A stretch of DNA of 64,000 nucleotides from Cenarchaeum sp. (GTDB lineage: Archaea; Thermoproteota; Nitrososphaeria; Nitrososphaerales; Nitrosopumilaceae), in the NCBI GenBank assembly GCA_963693095.2, contig OY843768.1, positions 768,001-832,000 on the forward strand, in the 5' to 3' direction. Position 1 is the stretch's first letter. The number at the start of each line of letters is the position of its first letter. This document shows, in pieces, positions 49,119-59,799 of this stretch. The notes below the pieces were generated by a model that made no database searches, had not been told where the DNA came from, and saw nothing but the letters and a program-made list of their open reading frames with translations. Both the position numbers and the translations under genes were made by a program.

Positions 49119-49178
49119 TTTATAAAATCGAAGTTTTACGTTATGGACTAACGGGGAAATCAATGGCAGGCCGTACGG

Positions 49179-49772
49179 CTAAACAGGAAACTTCATCCCA
49201 AGCACACGCCTCGTGGTGTCCGCGGCATCGGCCAGGCCCATGACCACTTGCCAGTTGTCAGGCTCGGCGATGATGTCGGCCACCTTTGGGGGCAGGCCGC
49301 CCCTCCAGTCATCATTGCCGCCCAGGGCCGCCCTGTACATCCTGTCTCGCACACCAGTCGCCGAGACGGACTTGCGCGTCCCCACAATCGGGCGCAGTCC
49401 ATAGACCTTTAGCGCAAGCCACTCGGCCCTGTCGCCCGTGTACGTGAAATAGTCATCACCGGCCTCGGCCACTATGCCCTGCCGCAGGCTCCAGGACGCG
49501 CGCGAGAGCAGCGGCGGCAGATAGCGCGAAAAGGGGGCCGTGAACGTGTATGCGCGCGAGACAGAGACCGAGTCCCCAAACAGCGCCCTGACCATCCGCT
49601 TGCGCGCATCATACGTGAACGGAAAGCTGCGGCTGTTGACCTCGGTCCCGTCACGCATGAACGTGACGGGCATGACGATGACCGAGTCGGCCATGCCGCG
49701 CAGCTCGGAGATTATCTGCTCGTGGGCCACGGTCACGGGGTTTATGTGCGCAAGGTACAGTGCCGTCTTCAA
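49179..49772 (-). CDS. HIGH-like nucleotidyltransferase (cytidylyltransferase-like)
   Basis: AHINPVTVAH, FPFTYDARKRM, VSATGVR. Confidence 0.75.
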   Translation of the reverse strand: MKTALYLAHINPVTVAHEQIISELRGMADSVIVMPVTFMRDGTEVNSRSFPFTYDARKRMVRALFGDSVSVSRAYTFTAPFSRYLPPLLSRASWSLRQGIVAEAGDDYFTYTGDRAEWLALKVYGLRPIVGTRKSVSATGVRDRMYRAALGGNDDWRGGLPPKVADIIAEPDNWQVVMGLADAADTTRRVLGMKFPV

Positions 49773-49873
49773 CGCCCCACGTGCGGGGTGCTGCCGTATT
49801 TCAAGGTGTGGCGCAAGTCCGGAGACCCGGCGCCCAAACGGTTTTTAGCGCCGCCACAAGGGGAGCGCACGCC

Positions 49874-50014
49874 ATGAAGGATCCCGTCTGCGGAATGGAG
49901 GTCAGCGAGGGCGCCGAGGCAGTCACGGGTCCGGACGGCAAGACGCACCGCTTTTGCTGCGCGGCGTGCCGCTGGGCCTTTGAGCGGGATCCCGAGAGGT
50001 TCTCTAGACCATGA
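49874..50014 (+). CDS. YHS/TRASH-domain small protein
   Basis: MKDPVCGMEV...HRFCCAACRWAFERDPERF. Confidence 0.85.
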   Translation: MKDPVCGMEVSEGAEAVTGPDGKTHRFCCAACRWAFERDPERFSRP

Positions 50015-51857
50015 GCTGAGCCCGCGCCGAGAGGAGGCGCGGCAGGTTGGGCGCAGATGTCGGCATGTCCCGCGTGCCCTCAGATATTGCGCCTGCGAGC
50101 TCGTCGACTGACATGTCAGACGTCTTGCCGGTCATGCGCGAGCGCACGCTGAGCTTGCCCGACTCTGCCTCGGCGGCGCCTATCACGACAATGTGGTGAA
50201 TCCACTCCTTTTCGGCCTGCCTTATGCGCTTGCCGATGCTCTCAGAGCGGTCATCAATGTCAGCGCGCACGCCAGAGGCGGCAAGCGCGTCGGCGACCTC
50301 TACGGCGCGCGCGTTGTGCTCGGCCGAGAGCGGGATTATGCGAGCCTGCGTGGGCGAGAGCCAGAGCGGAAGCGAGGGCTTTGAGCCGGTCCGAGAGTCG
50401 CGCGCGGCGTTCTCTAGGAGCGCATACATTACGCGCTCGACGGCCCCACTGGGAGAGTTGTGCAGGATTATCGGGTGCCTTAGCGAGCCGTCAACGTCGG
50501 CAAAGCGTATCGCATAGCGCTCGCCGTTCTCGACGTCTATCTGGTCAGTCGAGAGCGCAGAGGCCTTGCCGGACGCATCGACATAGTTAAACTCCCACTT
50601 TAGGACAAAGTAAAAGAACCGCTCTTGCCACATCTCGACTAGCATGGGCCGGCCGTGGCGCTCAGCAAGGCGCCTGACGGCATCGCCGTTGCCCTCGTAA
50701 AACTCGCGCGTGAGGCGAACGGACATTTCATAGTCTGATGACGCAAGGCCGATTCCCTCCATGACCGAGCGAGAGAGATCAAACCGCGTCTCTAGCTCGG
50801 ATATCGCCTGGTCCATGTCCGCGCAGAACGCATGGCAGTCCGGCATTGTGAACGCGCGCAGTCGGCGCAGGCCAACTAGCTCGCCGGACTGCTCGCGCCG
50901 AAAGCTATAGCGCGTGAGCTCGTACAGCCTGTACGGCAGGTTGTGGTGCGAGAGCTGGGCCTGTGCGGCTATGAGAAACTGGCCAAAGCACGCCGCAAAG
51001 CGCAAAAAGAACCGCCTGCCCTCAGAGTCAATGTTGTACTGGCGCGCCGGAAAGCGGTCAAAATAGCTCTTCATGCTAGGGTGTGCCGAGTCGTACATTA
51101 TGGGAGTCTCGACCTCTGAGGCCCCGTACGCGCGCACGCGCTCAGTCACATAGCGCTCGATGAGCGACTTTACGAGGCGGCCGTTGGGCAGAAACCTCAT
51201 GTTGCCCGAGTCTGATGCGGGCTCATAGTCGGCCATGCCCATCTTTTTCATCAGCGCCACGTGGGCAGGGGCGTCATCGGCGCTGCGCGTGCCAGACTCC
51301 TCGTGCGCATATAGCCTGCGCAGCGAGTCATGGCCAGCAAAGTCAAATCCGGCCGCATCGTGGAGCGTGCCGTCCGGCGTGAGGACATGCCACGTCGACT
51401 CTAGGCGCGACTCGGAGCCTAGCGCAGACGGCGCGTCGGCCTCGGCAGGCTCGCCGGGCTCAAAGACGCGCAGGCTCTCGGCGAGGGGGTGCGCCTTTAC
51501 GCGCACGGCGTATGACTTTGTCCAGCCAAACGGCGCGCGGCTCACCTCGGCGGCCTTGATTGCGGATGCCACCTCGCGCAGCACCCCAAAGGCGTCCTGC
51601 GGCGGGGCGAGTGACGAGCTCAGGTGCGCGTACGGGTACACGAGGACGCGCGCGCACCCAAGGCGCGAGGCCAGCGACGTAATGTCCTCGGCCGCACGCG
51701 CCGCAGTGCCCGAGTCATCGCCGGTCTCGACTGCGATAAAGGCGACCAGGACGTTCTCGAGGCGCACCGTGCCGCCGTCGGCCTCCTCGGCTGACTCTAT
51801 CTCCCTGGCAGTGGCCGTGTACTCTATGCTGTCACAGTGTAGCTGCAGAACCCTCAT
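50004..51857 (-). CDS. thrS: Threonine--tRNA ligase (archaeal type)
   Basis: MRVLQLHCD, YPYAHLS editing domain, LRFAACFG, RLRAFTMPDCH. Confidence 0.97.
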   Translation of the reverse strand: MRVLQLHCDSIEYTATAREIESAEEADGGTVRLENVLVAFIAVETGDDSGTAARAAEDITSLASRLGCARVLVYPYAHLSSSLAPPQDAFGVLREVASAIKAAEVSRAPFGWTKSYAVRVKAHPLAESLRVFEPGEPAEADAPSALGSESRLESTWHVLTPDGTLHDAAGFDFAGHDSLRRLYAHEESGTRSADDAPAHVALMKKMGMADYEPASDSGNMRFLPNGRLVKSLIERYVTERVRAYGASEVETPIMYDSAHPSMKSYFDRFPARQYNIDSEGRRFFLRFAACFGQFLIAAQAQLSHHNLPYRLYELTRYSFRREQSGELVGLRRLRAFTMPDCHAFCADMDQAISELETRFDLSRSVMEGIGLASSDYEMSVRLTREFYEGNGDAVRRLAERHGRPMLVEMWQERFFYFVLKWEFNYVDASGKASALSTDQIDVENGERYAIRFADVDGSLRHPIILHNSPSGAVERVMYALLENAARDSRTGSKPSLPLWLSPTQARIIPLSAEHNARAVEVADALAASGVRADIDDRSESIGKRIRQAEKEWIHHIVVIGAAEAESGKLSVRSRMTGKTSDMSVDELAGAISEGTRDMPTSAPNLPRLLSARAQLMV

Positions 51858-51948
51858 GCGGCACGGCGCGCAGGCACAATTGAATTAAGTGTTGTGGGGA
51901 ATTCGTGGGCTGCGCGCCACGGCCATCGCAGCCGGCAGGCACCTGTCC

Positions 51949-54828
51949 CTACTCTACTAGGATCGCCGGCTTGAACGCGCGCGCAGTCTTTGCCTTGCCG
52001 CGCGGGTCATCCGGGCCGGCATCAGACTCGGCGAGAACGACAAGGCTGGCGCCAAGCTCGGCCTGAACGAGCGGGCCGAGGCCTGACTCGTATGTCGCCG
52101 CCTCATCAAACGGGCCAGCCCCCGCCATGAGGCGCCTGTTGCGGGGAGTCTCAGACAGAATGTCAGCAAGCGTCTTTTTGACAAATGCCGCATCGCGGCG
52201 CACGTCTGCCGTGCTCGCATCCTCGCCGAGCGCGCGCATCATCGAGCCCAGGTCGGCGGCCCCGCCCTCGGCTGCCCCGAGCATGAGTGAGTGTGCGCGC
52301 GACTTTGCGTCGCCGGCCACATAGAGCGTGATTCTAGAGGCCTTTATGCCCGTAGTCTTTAGTATCTTTTGAATGTCGGCCATCGCCGAGGAGACGAGTG
52401 ACTCGGCAAGGAGCATTCGCGCATCGCCCTCATGCGGGGTCACCTCGGGCCACGGCGATGATGACACCATGCCGGCGTTTCCCAGGGCAGCCCACATCTC
52501 CTCGGCGGCATGTGGGGCAAACGGTGACAGTAGGGCTGCGCGCGCAGACCACGCCTCGCGCAGCGCTGCCCCGCCTGCGCCCCCCGTAGAGTCGGCGCGG
52601 CGCGCGTGCCATGCGAGGTCAGAGTCAAGGCCGGCTATAACGTGGCGGACGGCCTCGCGGAGACGCATCTTTTCGACGAGCTCGGAGACTGTTGCCGCAG
52701 TCTCGCGCACGCGCGCGTCGAGCCACGCGTCAGCTGGGTTTGCGTCGCCCTGTGTTGCCGCACCAAGGCGCGCGCACTCGGCCATCATCGACTCGAGGTG
52801 CCTCGAGGATGAGCGCACTAGATCCATCTTAAAGTCAGCATCCTGCAATAGCTCTGCAGACGACAGGATCGCCAGGCGTATGGGGTCGGCCCCGTGCTCG
52901 CGAACCGCCTGCCGGAGCGGGATGATATTGCTCATAGACTTTGACATCTTTTTGCCCTCCATGAGGACAGAGCCGTTCACGACTATCTGGCGCGGCCAGT
53001 GCACCTCGGGGAATATGAGCGCGTGGTTGAATACAAAGAACGAGAGGTGGTTTGGCACGAGGTCGCGGCCCGAGTGCCGCGAGTCGACGGGATAAAAGTA
53101 CTCAAACTCTGCCCTAATGTCAGAGATCACGGTCTCATCTGAGCCGCACGAGGCGGCCACAGAGGCCGCATCGCCGAGGCCAAGGAACACGTGGTCAAAG
53201 AACGCGTCATCGAGTGAGCCGGCCTCGATGAGGCCCTCGTTGACAAAGCGCGAGACGACATAGTATGCCATGTATATGACCGAGTCTGACAGGCTCTCGA
53301 CTATCCAGCCGTCATCCCACGGCAGGCGCGTTCCCAGGCCGCTCTGGCGCGCGCATGCGCGCTCGCGCAGCCACCCAAACACGTGGTCAAACTCTGGCCT
53401 CATGTCAGCGGGGACTATCTCGAGGCGCCCAAGGGCGCGGCGCGCAGTCTCCTTCCACTCGGGGCTCGAATAGTCAAGAAACCACTGGTTGCTCAGGACA
53501 TGGACGACGCACTCTGTCCCGCAGCGGCACACTATGGGCGCGTTGGAGAACTCGTACATTGCGCCCGGCGGGCCGTCCTGCACGCGCGCAAGCCATGCAG
53601 AGGCCGCCTCCTTTGCGTCCTGCGCGCCCATTCCCGCAAGCTCGCCGGTGTTCTCGAGCATCGTGCCCCCATAGTACTCATCAGCATAGAGCTTTTTTGT
53701 GAGCTCCTCAAGCCTCGTGTCATCCTGCGAGTCCACGCCGGCGCCAGAGACGAGTGATGCTGCCGGATTGTCGCCATGGCCGTCAGTGGCGATTATGCGA
53801 ATGGGCTCGATCTGCGCGGCGAACGAGGCGGCCTCGCCGGCGGCACCGCGCAGGTCGGCGAGTGCGGCATGGTCATATGGCGCGTGGGCAGGCACGGACA
53901 TTACGGCGCCTGTCCCGACGTTGCCGCGCACAAAGCTCGCAGGCAGCACGCGCACGTCTCGCTCGATGCCCGGAATGCGCGCGACGCGCCCGACTAGCTC
54001 CGAGCCGGCCACGGCCTCGCCACCAAGCGCGCGCGCACCGGCGTCAAGGTGCGCAAGCTTGGAGGCGCACTCGGGGCTCACAAGCCACACAGAGCCGCCG
54101 ACGTCGACCTTTACGTATCCAATCTCGGGGTTTATCCACATGTTCGTCACCCCGTATATCGTCTCTGGCCTCATCGTTGCCGCCGGCAGGACCGTCCCGT
54201 CATCGAGCACGGCGCGCACGACCGAGTATTCCACAAAGTCCGGCTCGACGTCCCCGCGCGTGTCATGCTGCGAGACTGGGTTGGAGTCACGCGGGCACCA
54301 CCCCACGGGGTGCGAGCCCTGCACGATGACGCCGCGCTTGCGCAGGAGTCGAACCTGCCACGCGATGAACTTTTGGTATGCGGCATCTATCGTCGTAAAC
54401 TCGCGGCTCCAGTCAATAGAGTAGCCCATCTCGACCATGCCGGAGCGTATCTCGGCATGAAAATAGCGCGCAATGTTGACCGGCTCGGTGAACTCGGCGA
54501 TCCTCTCGCGCGGGACCCCATACAGGTCGACGAGGCCAGATATCAGGCCCTCGTCACCGGACTCTATTCGCGCGGCCATTCCGAGTATCGGCGTGCCCGT
54601 GTAGTGGAACGCCATCGGAAAGAGGACGTTGCGGCCTCGCATGCGCTCAAAGCGCGCATGGACGTCGGCCAGCGTGTACGTCCGGCCGTGGCCGATGTGC
54701 TGTGGCGAGTTTGGGTAGGGGTACGCGACGGTGATAAAGCGCTTTTCGCGTGATGTGTCCACGCGTGCGGCCTCTGTGCCGCTCCAGCGCTCGCGCCACT
54801 TTGACTCTATTGCGCCCCAGTCGGCCAT
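51949..54828 (-). CDS. leuS: Leucine--tRNA ligase
   Basis: AYPYPNSPQHIGH (HIGH), KMSKS, ATMRPET, SVPAHAPYD. Confidence 0.97.
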   Translation of the reverse strand: MADWGAIESKWRERWSGTEAARVDTSREKRFITVAYPYPNSPQHIGHGRTYTLADVHARFERMRGRNVLFPMAFHYTGTPILGMAARIESGDEGLISGLVDLYGVPRERIAEFTEPVNIARYFHAEIRSGMVEMGYSIDWSREFTTIDAAYQKFIAWQVRLLRKRGVIVQGSHPVGWCPRDSNPVSQHDTRGDVEPDFVEYSVVRAVLDDGTVLPAATMRPETIYGVTNMWINPEIGYVKVDVGGSVWLVSPECASKLAHLDAGARALGGEAVAGSELVGRVARIPGIERDVRVLPASFVRGNVGTGAVMSVPAHAPYDHAALADLRGAAGEAASFAAQIEPIRIIATDGHGDNPAASLVSGAGVDSQDDTRLEELTKKLYADEYYGGTMLENTGELAGMGAQDAKEAASAWLARVQDGPPGAMYEFSNAPIVCRCGTECVVHVLSNQWFLDYSSPEWKETARRALGRLEIVPADMRPEFDHVFGWLRERACARQSGLGTRLPWDDGWIVESLSDSVIYMAYYVVSRFVNEGLIEAGSLDDAFFDHVFLGLGDAASVAASCGSDETVISDIRAEFEYFYPVDSRHSGRDLVPNHLSFFVFNHALIFPEVHWPRQIVVNGSVLMEGKKMSKSMSNIIPLRQAVREHGADPIRLAILSSAELLQDADFKMDLVRSSSRHLESMMAECARLGAATQGDANPADAWLDARVRETAATVSELVEKMRLREAVRHVIAGLDSDLAWHARRADSTGGAGGAALREAWSARAALLSPFAPHAAEEMWAALGNAGMVSSSPWPEVTPHEGDARMLLAESLVSSAMADIQKILKTTGIKASRITLYVAGDAKSRAHSLMLGAAEGGAADLGSMMRALGEDASTADVRRDAAFVKKTLADILSETPRNRRLMAGAGPFDEAATYESGLGPLVQAELGASLVVLAESDAGPDDPRGKAKTARAFKPAILVE

Positions 54829-54838
54829 CGCAGAGCCC

Positions 54839-57550
54839 TCACGCACCCGCCGAGGCCATCGCCTCAGCACGCTTTACGGCCTCTTGTGCGCGCGAGGCGT
54901 CAACGCCGCCGCCCTGCCCAAAGCGCGCGCTGCCGCCCCCCGAGCCGCCAAGTATCGCCGAGGCCTCCTTTGCCAGCTCGCCGGCCTTTACGGCCTTTTC
55001 TGCCTCAGAGCCCGAGTATGCGATAATGCGCTCGCGCTCGCCGTCACGAACGAGCGCAAAGTAGACGAGGCGCGGCTCGGCCTTTACGGCCGCCTCGCCG
55101 ACTGCAATGTGATAGTCAGCGTCAAGCTCGCCGTCGATGAGCGTATAGAGCCTCACAGTGCCGACATCGCGCGCCGAGCCGACAGCGGCTGCAGCGGCCG
55201 CATCGCGCGACCTCCTAGTCAGTGACTTTAGGCGGCTTCGCGCCGTGTCCCCCGAGGAGAGCTTGCGCTCGAGTGACTCGGGAATCTTTTGCCTGTCTGC
55301 GCCGATCTTGCCGGCGACCCACTCTAGCGTGCGGTCATGGCCCTGCACGTGCGAGAGTGCGGGCTCGCCGGCCTTGAAGACGAGGCGTATCACGCCGTCC
55401 TGCACGCGCTCTGTCTGTGTTATCTTTAGGAGGCCGATCTCGCCGGTTCGCCGCACGTGCGTTCCGCCGCACGCCTCGACGTCAAAGTCGCCAACGCTCA
55501 CAATACGAACCGCGTCGACGGGGACCACGCCGCCCTGGTATATCCTAAACCCAAACCTTGACTCGGCCTCCTCTCGCGCATACTCGCGGATTCGGACCTC
55601 GAGGTTTTGGCGCACTATTGAATTTGCCGCCGACTCTATCCTTGCGACATCATCTGGCGTGAGGGCCGAGTGGTGCGTGATGTCAAGGCGCGCGTGATCC
55701 TCGTCCTTGAATGCCGAGTGCTGCCAGACCCACGATCCCAGGACGCTGCGTGCCGACGAGTTTAGTATGTGCGTTGACGTGTGGTGGACCGTGACTGCCT
55801 CGCGGCGTGCCGCGTCAACGACGCACCTGACAGTCTCGCCGACGCGAGGGAGGTCGCCTTCGATCGTGTGCGCAATGACGCCGTCATGCGACGTGACGTC
55901 AGTCACCCTGGCCGCACCTATCGTGCCATGGTCAGGCTCCTGGCCCCCGCTGCGCGCATAGAATGACGTGCGGTCCAGGACGACAGTCCGGTCGGCCGCA
56001 TGGAGGACACGCGCGTCAAACTCGCCGGGGTCATCTGCGTGAAAGAGCGCAACGGTGCGGTCCAGGCCGGCGAGTCCGGCGGGTGGTGCCTCGGCGGCCT
56101 TTGAGGCCGACTGGTGGAGCTCGGAGAGGCGCTCATAGAACTCGGGCGGTATCTCCTCAATTGCGCCGAGCTCCTTGAGATAGTCAGGCGGCACGCCGTC
56201 AGACTCGTAGAGCGTGATGAGCTCGTCAACTGTGGGCTCGGCCTTTTTTGAGCGCATCTTGGACGCAATCGACTCCATCCTGGAGCGCATGCCCGAGTAG
56301 CGCCGCGCCTCAAGGCCGACGATCTCGCCTATCTCGCCGGCGGCCTCGGCTAGCTCGGGATATGTCCCGCGAAGGTACTCGACGTGGAGCGCGATGAGCT
56401 CGTCGAGGTCGTGGCGCGCCCCGAGGCGCCCGAGCTGCGCCATCATGCGGCGCAGGAGCACGCGCAGGTTGTAGCCCCCGCCGACGTTGCTCGGAAGCGC
56501 GCCGTCGGCTATGGCAAAGGCGAGCGTGCGCAGGTGGTCGGCCACCAGGTATATGCCCTCAAGCGGCGCGATGACACCCGAGACGTACGAGTCGTCTAGT
56601 GCGCACGCCGAGATTGCGCGCCGGCGCGCGCGCGCAAGGTCTGGCTCAGACGACAGGCCGCGCGCTATCTCCCTGAAGTACGCGCAGAGTGCCTCCGTGC
56701 CGGCCTCAACGCCCTCGGCGTCGGCCATGCGAGACGTTATCGGCCCAAAGCAGCAGTCATACGCAGTTGGCGTTCCCATCGTGATCCAGGCAAAGCGCTC
56801 GAGGCCTGCCCCCATGTCAATGACGCGCCGGTCGAGCCGGCGCGGCTCGCCGAGGCTGCCCTGAAACTCGGTAAAGACCGCATTGCCAAGCTCGAGGCCG
56901 CCCACAAAGTACTCTAGTGAGGAGCCAAACGAGCCGCCGCCTGACCACACATCCTCGACGAACGTGACGTCCTTTCCCGGTATGCCAAGTGTGCGCGTGA
57001 GCATCTCATAGTCGAGCTCGATGCACCTGTCCTTCCAGTACCCGCCCTCATCAGGCATGCTAAGCTGCCCGATCATGCAAAAGCTCGAAAAGTGCCTGCC
57101 CGTCACGCCGACATTGCCAATGTCATTAAAGCGGACGCACGGTTGCGGGACGACGAGCGGGTTGGCCGGAAACTCGAACTGTATGCCAGAGCCCGTCGGG
57201 CGCTGAAAGTCGACGATCGAGGCGATTGTAAAGTAGAGGTCATCGCGCCACCTGCACACGACAGGATAGCGCCCAATGGACTTGTGGCCATTCGCGACAA
57301 AGAACGACTCGACGGCCCGCCACGCGTCCGCATAGTCGAGCCTCTTGGCGGTGGGCGGGTTGCCGATAAAAGAGTAGGCGTCCCCGACGTCATCATCGGG
57401 GCAGAGCGTCCGGGACGGGTCTTGCGTCCAAAAGTGCCTAGAGCACCTCGCGCACGCGTGCCTCTCAAAGCCCAGCTCGTCAAAGAGGGCCACGCGATAG
57501 TGCGCATCGGGGTCTGCAGACATCCCAGAGAGGAGCTCCGCCTTGTCCAT
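54839..57550 (-). CDS. alaS: Alanine--tRNA ligase
   Basis: RWRDDLYFTIASI, DMGAGLER, HTSTH, ACGGTH, GGSGGG. Confidence 0.97.
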   Translation of the reverse strand: MDKAELLSGMSADPDAHYRVALFDELGFERHACARCSRHFWTQDPSRTLCPDDDVGDAYSFIGNPPTAKRLDYADAWRAVESFFVANGHKSIGRYPVVCRWRDDLYFTIASIVDFQRPTGSGIQFEFPANPLVVPQPCVRFNDIGNVGVTGRHFSSFCMIGQLSMPDEGGYWKDRCIELDYEMLTRTLGIPGKDVTFVEDVWSGGGSFGSSLEYFVGGLELGNAVFTEFQGSLGEPRRLDRRVIDMGAGLERFAWITMGTPTAYDCCFGPITSRMADAEGVEAGTEALCAYFREIARGLSSEPDLARARRRAISACALDDSYVSGVIAPLEGIYLVADHLRTLAFAIADGALPSNVGGGYNLRVLLRRMMAQLGRLGARHDLDELIALHVEYLRGTYPELAEAAGEIGEIVGLEARRYSGMRSRMESIASKMRSKKAEPTVDELITLYESDGVPPDYLKELGAIEEIPPEFYERLSELHQSASKAAEAPPAGLAGLDRTVALFHADDPGEFDARVLHAADRTVVLDRTSFYARSGGQEPDHGTIGAARVTDVTSHDGVIAHTIEGDLPRVGETVRCVVDAARREAVTVHHTSTHILNSSARSVLGSWVWQHSAFKDEDHARLDITHHSALTPDDVARIESAANSIVRQNLEVRIREYAREEAESRFGFRIYQGGVVPVDAVRIVSVGDFDVEACGGTHVRRTGEIGLLKITQTERVQDGVIRLVFKAGEPALSHVQGHDRTLEWVAGKIGADRQKIPESLERKLSSGDTARSRLKSLTRRSRDAAAAAAVGSARDVGTVRLYTLIDGELDADYHIAVGEAAVKAEPRLVYFALVRDGERERIIAYSGSEAEKAVKAGELAKEASAILGGSGGGSARFGQGGGVDASRAQEAVKRAEAMASAGA

Positions 57551-57658
57551 GCGCGGCGCGCAGATCGGCCCGTATTAAGAAATTGTGCCAAGCGCAGGGG
57601 AGGCCCTGTGCGCCCCGTGCGGCGAGCGATTAAATACAAACGCGCCGGCGTGGGCGCA

Positions 57659-58165
57659 ATGTTTGGCAAAAAGCGCGGGATCTCCGAGGGAACGCACGTC
57701 TTTGCGCGCGTGCGTGACGGCGAGACGGTCAGGTGCTTTGTGGGCGTGGCGACCGGAGTCGACGGCAGGAGGATAGGCGTGAACGGCGCGCTCATCGACC
57801 CCGTGGGCCTGCGAAACAAGGTCGCGCAGGGAAAGGCCGGCTCGAGGTCAGAGGAGATACTCCGCGAGCCCACGCCGGAGAACTGTGTGTTTGCCCTGAT
57901 ATACCGCATAGAGCACGAGCCGTTCACCGGAGTCCTCGATGAGGGGCCTGACGTTGTGCCAATATCGCCGCGCGACTATGCCGTACTCGACGCGTGGGTT
58001 CGCGAGTCGCTGCCCGAGCTGATAAACGAGGTCCTCTCGCTGCCTGATGGCGCCGAGCGCGAGCGCGCAAAGGTTCGCCTTCGCCAAAAGATGGAGACGC
58101 TGCTTGACAAGAACCTCAGGCGCAACCTGTACGCGGTGTGCCGAAGCCTAAAGATACTCAACTGA
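57659..58165 (+). CDS. Hypothetical protein
   Basis: MFGKKRGISEG...; TATA-like ttaaata ~25 nt upstream, divergent from alaS. Confidence 0.75.
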   Translation: MFGKKRGISEGTHVFARVRDGETVRCFVGVATGVDGRRIGVNGALIDPVGLRNKVAQGKAGSRSEEILREPTPENCVFALIYRIEHEPFTGVLDEGPDVVPISPRDYAVLDAWVRESLPELINEVLSLPDGAERERAKVRLRQKMETLLDKNLRRNLYAVCRSLKILN

Positions 58166-58199
58166 CCGGCTAGCGTCAAGCAGCCATGGGCACCGGCTC

Positions 58200-59726
58200 T
58201 CACATTAGCATTAGCAGCATCGGCAGCGGAACGAGCGCATAGTCGCGCCGAATCTCGTACTCGCGGCGTGTGGCCACAATTCCGTGCTCCACTCCGCTCA
58301 CGTTTAGAAACTCGGCCATGCCGCCAAGGTTCCTGTAATCAACCTTTGAGCGATACTTTACCTCAATTGGAACTGGAATGTCATCGACTCCAATGTACAC
58401 ATAGTCCACCTCGTGTTTCCCTGACTTCCAATAGTAGACATAGTCGGCCGGATTAAAGAATGCCTTTCGCACCGATGCAGAGTAGGCAAATCGGGAGAGA
58501 TGGTCAGCCATCACGCACTCGGCTACATGGCCACGTAGAGTGGGATCATCCACACACGCTTTGCTGTACTCAAAAGGAGAAGAGCGTTCAGCATACAGCG
58601 TATCAAACATGTGGTAAAACAGCGGATCTCGAAAGTGGAGCTTTTTGGACTTATGGAGATGCGCAGATTTGCCATGCACGTTATAATTATCCATAACCGA
58701 TATTACATACATATCACGCAACGCGTATAGCTGGTTTTTGGCCTCTTGGCGAGAGCACGAAAGCGCATCTGCCATGCTGTTCCATGAAAAAGTGCTTCCC
58801 GCACTATCCACCAGGTGTGGAGCAAGACCACGAAGAGAGTCAGTTGAGTATCCAAGAAATTTCCATTCGTCCAATATGCCGTCCAGGTATTTGTTGTATA
58901 GCATATTCGGTATGGGGTTGGGACACATATTTGTTACATGTGGTATTCCGCCCCACACCATGTATTGCATGAAAAGCATATCTAGATCTGTCATGTGGAA
59001 CGCGAGTTTATCCAGAGCCTCATTATTGGTTTTGGTAGTGATGTTCATAAGTGTGGAATGTTTTCGGGCAAGCGTGGAAAAGCCATAAGACTTGGCAAGT
59101 TCAGACAGGTCATTGTTCATGATTGACACAAACTCCCTAAAATTCATCGGGAGGAGGGATTTATGGTTTCCGTCTTCAACAAGTCCCATACGTCCCGTAA
59201 GCGTCTCAGTTGCATGTGTCAAGTCAGTCGAGTTTGATCCAGTGGCCACGATGGTACAGTTTACCAAACGTCCCATGTTGGAGATGTCCTTTAATCCCTC
59301 TTGCCATTGTGGCACATATGATATTTCATCGAGAAATATGTAGCATCTACGATCACCGCGAGCCCGTTCGCTCAGACTCAGGTATCCCAACATAACATCG
59401 TACAGATCATCAAGCGTCGCACGTGGGCCAAACGAGTAGTAAAGCACACGTTGCGGGTCCACCCCACGATCCAAGAGATCCATGATCTGCAGCTTTACCA
59501 TGGTCGTCTTGCCCACCTGGCGAGATCCTCGTACCGTATAGATTACCTGCATGTCAGACTCGAAGTCAAGTGCCATCTCGCCCATGAGCGCAGGCCTATA
59601 GCGCTCACCAGAATTATGCCATATCCTAACCTCACGATCCTGCCGTATCGCGTCTGGCGATGTCCACCACGGATTCATGCCCCGCAGCACCTGTGACGCC
59701 CACGGTCCAACACTCATATCAAACAC
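58200..59726 (-). CDS. AAA_14 ATPase with DUF4143 / PD-(D/E)XK C-terminus (COG1373-like)
   Basis: GSRQVGKTT (Walker A), IFLDE (Walker B), ATGS, GGIP, KLHFRDP, EVDYV...PIEVK; lower GC than flanks. Confidence 0.9.
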   Translation of the reverse strand: MFDMSVGPWASQVLRGMNPWWTSPDAIRQDREVRIWHNSGERYRPALMGEMALDFESDMQVIYTVRGSRQVGKTTMVKLQIMDLLDRGVDPQRVLYYSFGPRATLDDLYDVMLGYLSLSERARGDRRCYIFLDEISYVPQWQEGLKDISNMGRLVNCTIVATGSNSTDLTHATETLTGRMGLVEDGNHKSLLPMNFREFVSIMNNDLSELAKSYGFSTLARKHSTLMNITTKTNNEALDKLAFHMTDLDMLFMQYMVWGGIPHVTNMCPNPIPNMLYNKYLDGILDEWKFLGYSTDSLRGLAPHLVDSAGSTFSWNSMADALSCSRQEAKNQLYALRDMYVISVMDNYNVHGKSAHLHKSKKLHFRDPLFYHMFDTLYAERSSPFEYSKACVDDPTLRGHVAECVMADHLSRFAYSASVRKAFFNPADYVYYWKSGKHEVDYVYIGVDDIPVPIEVKYRSKVDYRNLGGMAEFLNVSGVEHGIVATRREYEIRRDYALVPLPMLLMLM

Positions 59727-59799
59727 GCGTGTAAATTGCTTTATATATTAACCCAAATTTTATGCATTAAGGTTTTTAAGTATCAAAAACACATAAAAT

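Larger units (their letters stand above)
44650..49180. mobile_element. AT-rich horizontally acquired island carrying an R-M system
   Basis: Abrupt switch from GC-rich to strongly AT-rich DNA; no integrase or att repeat seen. Confidence 0.75.

Noticed and set aside
50004-57550. alaS-leuS-thrS cluster
   Set aside because: Ordinary housekeeping genes with intact motifs
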